This document shows, in pieces, positions 58,721 through 64,000 of a DNA stretch of 64,000 nucleotides. The first letter of the stretch is position 1; each line of letters begins with the position of its first letter. Location: the IMG/VR virus record IMGVR_UViG_3300036830_000184, positions 7,877 to 71,876 of that record. One strand, 5' to 3'. Source of the stretch: a virus. The position numbers and the translations under genes are program-made. The notes beneath the pieces were generated by a model, which saw only the letters and a list, made by a program, of their open reading frames with translations, was not told the DNA's origin and ran no database searches.

Positions 58721-60841
58721 AGCGGCAACGCACCGGCCCCCCAAAGGATTGTCCCGCCGCTCGGTGATCAACCGCTGATGGACGGGTCCGGGCGGCCGAC
58801 ACAACCTATGGTTCAATGGATGCAGCGGTTGTCGGCCTTCGTTGGCCCGGTCAACGCGGCCTCCGCAGGATCTGGCTCGGTCACCAACCTCAGCATCTCG
58901 GAACAACTGACCGAACTAGAGAACCAAATCGCGGTGCTGGTAGCGGCGACCAGCGCGGACTTCACGGCGCGCGGGCAGATCGCCGGGCTTGAGCAACAGA
59001 TCCTTGCGCTCAAGGGTTTGCTTGGCCAGCAGGCGCAGCAACCCGGCCCGGTCTTCGTTCCCGGCTTCACGGGCATCGTCTATCTGACCAACGGATGCCG
59101 CCTATTGGATGGTTATGGGGGTCCAAACAGCGCGATCTATGGCTCGATCGGCGACCTCTACACCCAACGCGACGGCAGTGCCGGCGGCACGCTCTGGGTC
59201 AAGACCTCGGGGGAGAACACCGATAGCGGTTGGTCGGTGGCTGACCTGCCTGGCACGGTCACGGAGGTGGACACCGGCACTGGGCTGACCGGTGGGCCAA
59301 TCACCAGTAGTGGGACGATCAGTCTCGCCGCGATTGCCAGCCATGACATTTTGGCCAACATCACCGGCGGCTCCGCTGCGCCCATCGCCAATACCCTTTC
59401 CGCCACCATCGACGCAGCCATAGGCAGCACCCAAGGCGACATCCTCTACCGCTCAAGCGCGGCATGGACGGTGCTCGCCCCTGGCACGGCGGGCAACTTT
59501 CTCGCCACCGGCGGCGCGAGCGCGGACCCATCATGGGCGGCGGGCAGCGGGGGCACCGTCACGAGCGTGGCGACCGGCACCGGACTGACGGGCGGCCCGA
59601 TCACCACGACGGGCACGGTCAGCTTTGCCGCCATCGCCAGCCTCGATTTGCTGGCCAATATTACCGGCGGTGCGGCAGCGCCGGTTCCGAACACGCTGAC
59701 CGCGGTGATCGACGCGGCGATTGGCGCGGTTCAAGGCGACATTCTTTACCGTGGGGCCTCGGCTTGGTCGGTGCTGGCGCCGGGCACGGCCGGGCAGTTC
59801 CTGCAAACCCAGGGGGCGAGCGCTAATCCGGCGTGGGACACGGTTGGGGACATTGGCCGCAACCTTCTGCACAATTCGGTATTCCGCATCCAGCAGCGCG
59901 GCACCGGACCGTTCACCGCCAGCAGCGCCTATACGGCTGATCGTTGGCTGATCCAAAACGTCCTCGACAGTCAAAGTGTTGCCATCGCCAATATTCTTGA
60001 TGCCGGGCGGGCGCAGATTGGCAATGAGCTTGCGCAATTCACGCTGCAAAACATTTTCACCGGCAATTCCGGGGCGACGGCATTCAATGTCCTAGGCCAA
60101 CGCATTGAGAACGTTTACCGCCTCTCCAACAAGACGGTAACGGTCTCGTTCTGGGCGGTTGCCGGTTCGGGCACTCCCCAACTTGGGGTCAGCATTAACC
60201 AGAATTTCGGCTCGGGCGGTTCGGCCAATGTCAATGGCACCGGCCAGGCGGTCACGCTATCCACGACTTGGACCCGCTACAGCCTCACATTCTCGATTGG
60301 CTCAACATCCGGCAAGACGGTCGGCGCCAATAATTTTACTGCGTTGAATTTTTGGTATTCGTCGGGCGCAAACAACAACACCTTTGCGGGCGGCATCGGC
60401 GTGCAGTCGGGCACCTTTAATATTTGGGGACCGCAACTTGAGTTCGGCAACCTGACCCCGTTCGAGATGGTGGATTTCCCGGTCGATTGGGAGAACTGCC
60501 AGCGGTTCTTTTTCTCGACCTTCGGCAATCAGGTCACGCCCGTGCAGAATGCCGGCGCGGATACCGGCAATATGATGTGGTCGGCGATTTTTGCCGGGGC
60601 AGGCGCCCAACGCAGCCCGCAATTCCTCTTCCCAACTGAGATGCGGGCGGCGCCAACGATCACCTTCTATAACACCCAGGCGACCAACGCGTTCATCCGC
60701 GACCAGACAACCGGCACAGACACCTCGACGGCCTCATACGCCTCATACGCCCACGGTTGTCGCCTTGTTGGCACCGGCCCGGCGGGCTGCGCGGTCGGCG
60801 ACTTCCTATCGGTCCACATCACAGCCTCGGCGGACCTATGA
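58718..60841 (+). CDS. Tail fiber/needle protein
   Basis: N-terminal coiled coil, GDLYTQRDGSAGGTLWVKTSG..GW, duplicated ~95-aa module, and C-terminal RNLLHNSVFRIQQRG..ADRW..CQRFF..MRAAPTIT. Confidence 0.82.
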   Translation: MSGNAPAPQRIVPPLGDQPLMDGSGRPTQPMVQWMQRLSAFVGPVNAASAGSGSVTNLSISEQLTELENQIAVLVAATSADFTARGQIAGLEQQILALKGLLGQQAQQPGPVFVPGFTGIVYLTNGCRLLDGYGGPNSAIYGSIGDLYTQRDGSAGGTLWVKTSGENTDSGWSVADLPGTVTEVDTGTGLTGGPITSSGTISLAAIASHDILANITGGSAAPIANTLSATIDAAIGSTQGDILYRSSAAWTVLAPGTAGNFLATGGASADPSWAAGSGGTVTSVATGTGLTGGPITTTGTVSFAAIASLDLLANITGGAAAPVPNTLTAVIDAAIGAVQGDILYRGASAWSVLAPGTAGQFLQTQGASANPAWDTVGDIGRNLLHNSVFRIQQRGTGPFTASSAYTADRWLIQNVLDSQSVAIANILDAGRAQIGNELAQFTLQNIFTGNSGATAFNVLGQRIENVYRLSNKTVTVSFWAVAGSGTPQLGVSINQNFGSGGSANVNGTGQAVTLSTTWTRYSLTFSIGSTSGKTVGANNFTALNFWYSSGANNNTFAGGIGVQSGTFNIWGPQLEFGNLTPFEMVDFPVDWENCQRFFFSTFGNQVTPVQNAGADTGNMMWSAIFAGAGAQRSPQFLFPTEMRAAPTITFYNTQATNAFIRDQTTGTDTSTASYASYAHGCRLVGTGPAGCAVGDFLSVHITASADL

Positions 60842-61122
60842 CCTTCACCTATTCGCTCACCGATATCCCAACCACGATCCAGCGCTCGGACGGCACGATG
60901 ATCCCGACCGATCCAGGCAATGTCGACTATGCCGCCTTCCTCGAATGGGTCGCCGAGGGCAACACGCCGACACCCTATAAGGCTCCTCCCCCACCCGTTG
61001 CGCCGGTGATCGCCGATAGTGCAGCCTCGCTTTTGCGCGCCCAAGCGACCCGCCTTGCCGCCAAGGGCCGCACCGCCGATGCGCTGGCCGCGACCCTCAA
61101 ATTGATAGGGAACCCCCCATGA
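60838..61122 (+). CDS. Small tail-fiber-associated protein
   Basis: IPTDPGNVDYAAFLEWVAEGNTP. Confidence 0.7.
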   Translation: MTFTYSLTDIPTTIQRSDGTMIPTDPGNVDYAAFLEWVAEGNTPTPYKAPPPPVAPVIADSAASLLRAQATRLAAKGRTADALAATLKLIGNPP

Positions 61123-61439
61123 CTTCCGTGATCATCTCCAACACGCCGCCGTTCGGGGCGCTGACCAATCAAGCCGTCGCCGATCTATTCACGGTCAATC
61201 AGGCGATCGTGCGCCTGCAAGCCGCGGTAGCTTCGGCCGCGAGCGGTTACGCCGGCACCGCCGGCACCGAGTATGAGGGCAATGGCACCAACTTTGGCGT
61301 CGTCGCGTCCAGCGATCCGGGCGCGCAAGGGGCGGCCTACTCCTTCGCCCTGCTCACCCTCGCCAATGCCTGGACAACCTTTTGGAATGCCGCTCTGGCC
61401 TCGATCGAGGAACTAGACAATGGCGTCATTTCGCCCTGA
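61119..61439 (+). CDS. Hypothetical protein
   Basis: 106 aa, ATGA-coupled to the upstream gene. Confidence 0.6.
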   Translation: MTSVIISNTPPFGALTNQAVADLFTVNQAIVRLQAAVASAASGYAGTAGTEYEGNGTNFGVVASSDPGAQGAAYSFALLTLANAWTTFWNAALASIEELDNGVISP

Positions 61440-61534
61440 CGAAATTCTGATTTTCCAGGAAGCATTTTACCACCGTAAGGTCTCTGCGGCGCGGCTGCTC
61501 TCGGTTGTCTCCGCGGTTCTGGGTGTCGAGAGAA

Positions 61535-61795
61535 CGGCACGGCTGATCTCGGCAGGCTTGGCTTCCCCACGCTTATCATGGTTTCGCGTCGCAGCGCGCA
61601 CAGCCCCACGGCTCGGCAGGCACGGCGGACAGGGGCGGGGAACGCACTGTGAGGCGCGGCTTGGCAGGCAGGGCATAGTAGGGCTCGGCTTCTCTAGGCT
61701 GGACTTGGCGGGCGAAAACGTCTTAGGATCGGTTTGTTCCAGTTGAGATGTTGAGGGCGGTTGGGCGGCGGTAGGGGAGACCTTGCCGCCGTTTT
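61535..61795 (+). repeat. Pentamer array A10 with terminator
   Basis: Anchors GGCAGG at 61551, 61615 and 61663 and GGCGGG at 61707; ends in CGGCGGTAGG-GGAGA-CCTTGCCGCCG-TTTT. Confidence 0.78.
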
Positions 61796-61887
61796 CAATG
61801 CAGCCGATTGCGCGAGAGGCGTCTGAGACGGTAGGTTGTGCCGGGGCCTAGCAGCGCTCCGCACCTCGCCGGAGACGCGCTGCATCA

Positions 61888-62229
61888 ATGACCACCTCTC
61901 CCAGTTTGCAAATCGTCAGTTCCCAGCAACTTACGAACGCGGCGGCCACGCTCTACACGTCGCCGGTCGCAACCTGGACGCGCATCGAAAAGGTGACCCT
62001 CTATAACAGCGATAGCGCGAGCCACACCTATTCGATCTATCTGGTGCCGGCCGGGAGCACTGCCGGGGTCACCAATCTGCTTGTGTCGGCGCAGCGGATC
62101 GCCGCCGGGGCCAGCCTCTCGGACTTCAACATCCCCGGCAACTACCTGAACCCTGGCGATTTTATCGCCGCGTTCGCCGACACCGGCGCCAAGGTCGTCA
62201 TTACGATCGGGGGCACCCAGTTTTCCTAA
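61888..62229 (+). CDS. Small virion structural protein
   Basis: TLYTSP..TRIEKVTLYN..LNPGDFIAAFAD. Confidence 0.65.
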   Translation: MTTSPSLQIVSSQQLTNAAATLYTSPVATWTRIEKVTLYNSDSASHTYSIYLVPAGSTAGVTNLLVSAQRIAAGASLSDFNIPGNYLNPGDFIAAFADTGAKVVITIGGTQFS

Positions 62230-62915
62230 TGAGCCAACATCTGGAAAAGCTGGCGGATGGCTTCGACGTAGAGCCCGTGCTGGCGCAACTCGCGAACCAT
62301 CCGGAACTCTGGAACGTCTACCACGAGCGCCGCATCGGACCGCACCGAGACGCCTCGGACATCTGGGTCCGCTACTTCGATCGGGACGTGCTCACCGGGC
62401 CGGAAGCCTACCGCGAGCGGCATCCGCTCGTGTTCTATCCCGCATGGTCGGCGCTGCCGGGGCTGAAGCCGATCGTCAAGCGGCTGATCGACATCGAGCA
62501 AGCGCACCAACTGGGTGGGATTTTGATCACCAAGATCCCGAGCGGCGGCGTGGTGGACTGGCATCACGATCGCGGATCGTGGCACGCCGAGTATTTCGAC
62601 CGGAAGTTGTATGTTCCTTTGAAGAGCAACAGCCGGTGCGTCAACTACGTCGGGACCGAGCGCTGCGTCATGCACGCCGGCAGCGCGTGGTATTTCAACA
62701 ACCTTGTTGACCATGCCGTTGAAAACAATGGGGATACCGATCGACTCACGCTGATTGTGTGCCTGCGCCGGATTGCCTCATTGGCGGACCTGGCAGATGA
62801 TTGGGAAGCGTCCCTTCGGGCTGAAGGCGCGCGTCATGGTAAGGCAGGCGGGGCACGGCACCGCGACGCAGAGCGCGGAGTCGCACCGCGCGGGTCTGAA
62901 AGGATCGGGCAGTGA
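62229..62915 (+). CDS. Aspartyl/asparaginyl beta-hydroxylase-like 2OG-Fe(II) oxygenase
   Basis: LGGILITKIPSGGVVDWHHD..WYFNNLVDHAVENNGDTDRLTLIV. The last ~50 aa are low complexity and overlap pentamer unit A11. Confidence 0.8.
   Translation: MSQHLEKLADGFDVEPVLAQLANHPELWNVYHERRIGPHRDASDIWVRYFDRDVLTGPEAYRERHPLVFYPAWSALPGLKPIVKRLIDIEQAHQLGGILITKIPSGGVVDWHHDRGSWHAEYFDRKLYVPLKSNSRCVNYVGTERCVMHAGSAWYFNNLVDHAVENNGDTDRLTLIVCLRRIASLADLADDWEASLRAEGARHGKAGGARHRDAERGVAPRGSERIGQ
62831..62911 (+). repeat. Single pentamer unit A11 inside the 3' end of the oxygenase ORF
   Basis: GGCA GGCGG GGCAC GGCAC CGCGA CGCAG AGCGC GGAGT CGCAC CGCGC GGGTC TGAAA GGATC GGGCA: G at position 2 in 13 consecutive pentamers. 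Confidence 0.7.
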
Positions 62916-63280
62916 CGGCACCGCTTTCCGTTGTGCCCGGTCCGTTCCGCCTGGCCGAACAACCGATTTCAGTTGAAATCAAAATCGTTCGCGGCCTGTT
63001 CGTGAAGTCGATGCTCGTCCGCGAGGCCGGCACTATCGTGCCGCAGCATTCGCACACGTTCGACCACCTGAGTATGTTAGCGCTCGGCAGGGTCCTCGTT
63101 TGGGCTGGCGACGTGTGTCTAGGTCCGCACGAAGCGCCATGCGGCATCCAGATCAGAGCCGGGGTCAAGCACACTTTCCGCACGCTGAGTGATCTCGTTC
63201 TGATCTACTGCATCCACCGGACCGACGAGAACGGCGAGATCCCGATCGAAGAAGAACACCATTTGTTCGGGGAGGGCTGA
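62912..63280 (+). CDS. Cupin-fold protein
   Basis: PQHSHTFDHLSMLALGRV..IRAGVKHTFRTL..YCIH. Confidence 0.78.
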   Translation: MTAPLSVVPGPFRLAEQPISVEIKIVRGLFVKSMLVREAGTIVPQHSHTFDHLSMLALGRVLVWAGDVCLGPHEAPCGIQIRAGVKHTFRTLSDLVLIYCIHRTDENGEIPIEEEHHLFGEG

Positions 63281-63282
63281 TC

Positions 63283-63999
63283 ATGCCATGGGGTGCGGCG
63301 GCGGCTGGCATATCGGCCGGTGGGAACATCCTCACCGGCATTCTCGGCGGCAACGCTTCGCAGAAGGCGGCGCAACAGCAGGCGCAGGCCGCGCAGCAGG
63401 CGCTTGCCTTCCAGCAGCAGGTTTACAATACCGGCCAGTCGAACCTTCAGCCGTTCGTCAACAGCGGGAATACCGCGCTTTCGAGCCTCATGGGCCTGCT
63501 TGGGCTCGGTGGCTCCGGCCAGAACGCCACCGCGCAGACCGCTTATCAGGGCTTCACCCAGACACCCACCTATCAGTTCCCGTTGCAGCAAGGGAACCTG
63601 GCGCTCAACCGGCAGCTTGCCTCGGCGGGGCTGACCGGATCGGGCGGCGCGTTGAAGGACGCGGTTGCCTACAACCAAGGGTATGCCAGCCAGGGGCTCA
63701 ACTCCTACCTGTCGCAACTCGCGGGGTTGGCTGGCGGTGGGCAAGGCGCGGCGACTTCGCTTTTGAGCGGCGGCAACACGGCGGCGCGGAATGTCGGCGG
63801 CTTGGACACTTACATCGGCAACGCGCTCGGGCAAGGCACCTTGGGTCAGGCGGAGGGGATCAACAAGGCGATCAGCGGTGGGATCGGGCCGCTGATCGGG
63901 CAGAACAACGGCGGCATCGGGGGTCCAAACAGTCCGATCGGGCAGTTGGGCGGGTGGCTATCGGGTCTACTCTCGGGCAGCGGCGGTTCGTCCTATACC
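63283..63999 (+). CDS. DNA ejection/transfer protein (P22 gp7-like), partial
   Basis: Not in the track (no stop in window). MPWGAAAAGISAGGNILTGILGGNASQKAAQQQAQAAQQALAFQQQVYNTGQSNLQPFVNSGNTAL..TPTYQFPLQQG..ASAGLTGSGGALK. Confidence 0.78.
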   Translation, partial: MPWGAAAAGISAGGNILTGILGGNASQKAAQQQAQAAQQALAFQQQVYNTGQSNLQPFVNSGNTALSSLMGLLGLGGSGQNATAQTAYQGFTQTPTYQFPLQQGNLALNRQLASAGLTGSGGALKDAVAYNQGYASQGLNSYLSQLAGLAGGGQGAATSLLSGGNTAARNVGGLDTYIGNALGQGTLGQAEGINKAISGGIGPLIGQNNGGIGGPNSPIGQLGGWLSGLLSGSGGSSYT

Positions 64000-64000
64000 C

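Noticed and set aside
58718-60841. Diversity-generating retroelement target
   Set aside because: No reverse transcriptase and no adenine-specific TR/VR pair seen in the window.
1-64000. Integrase, att sites, tRNA or rRNA genes, host genes
   Set aside because: None recognised. Lifestyle and prophage status cannot be determined, and the genome continues beyond both ends.

Overview
The window is most of a tailed-phage genome with podovirus-like, P22-type neck and ejection proteins. A GcrA homolog suggests an alphaproteobacterial host. Modules in order: tail fiber and holin-like genes (2.6-4.9 kb); RecT, DEDDh exonuclease, Cro, RusA, GcrA and a replication protein (5-14 kb); an esterase-GH5 fusion, a DNA methyltransferase and a secreted trypsin-like protease (15.8-24.6 kb); a leftward block of small, probably early genes (26-33 kb); DUF932, TerS, HNH, TerL, portal, GroES-like, scaffold, capsid and lysozyme (33-49.5 kb); neck, tail and ejection genes (50-64 kb). 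The main finding is a candidate RNA-guided system. A stand-alone Cas7/RAMP-like gene (620-1558, minus) has no cas1/cas2 or CRISPR array nearby. Instead it is flanked by non-coding arrays of 5-nt units with a conserved triplet (mostly GGY, also CGY) plus two variable bases, split into ~40-60 nt segments by a 4-nt GGCA/GGCG step. At least 11 such loci are scattered through the genome on both strands. Several are single units bracketed by a 5' hairpin and a 3' GNRA/UUCG hairpin, like individual small-RNA genes. All product calls come from motif recognition by eye; no database searches were run.
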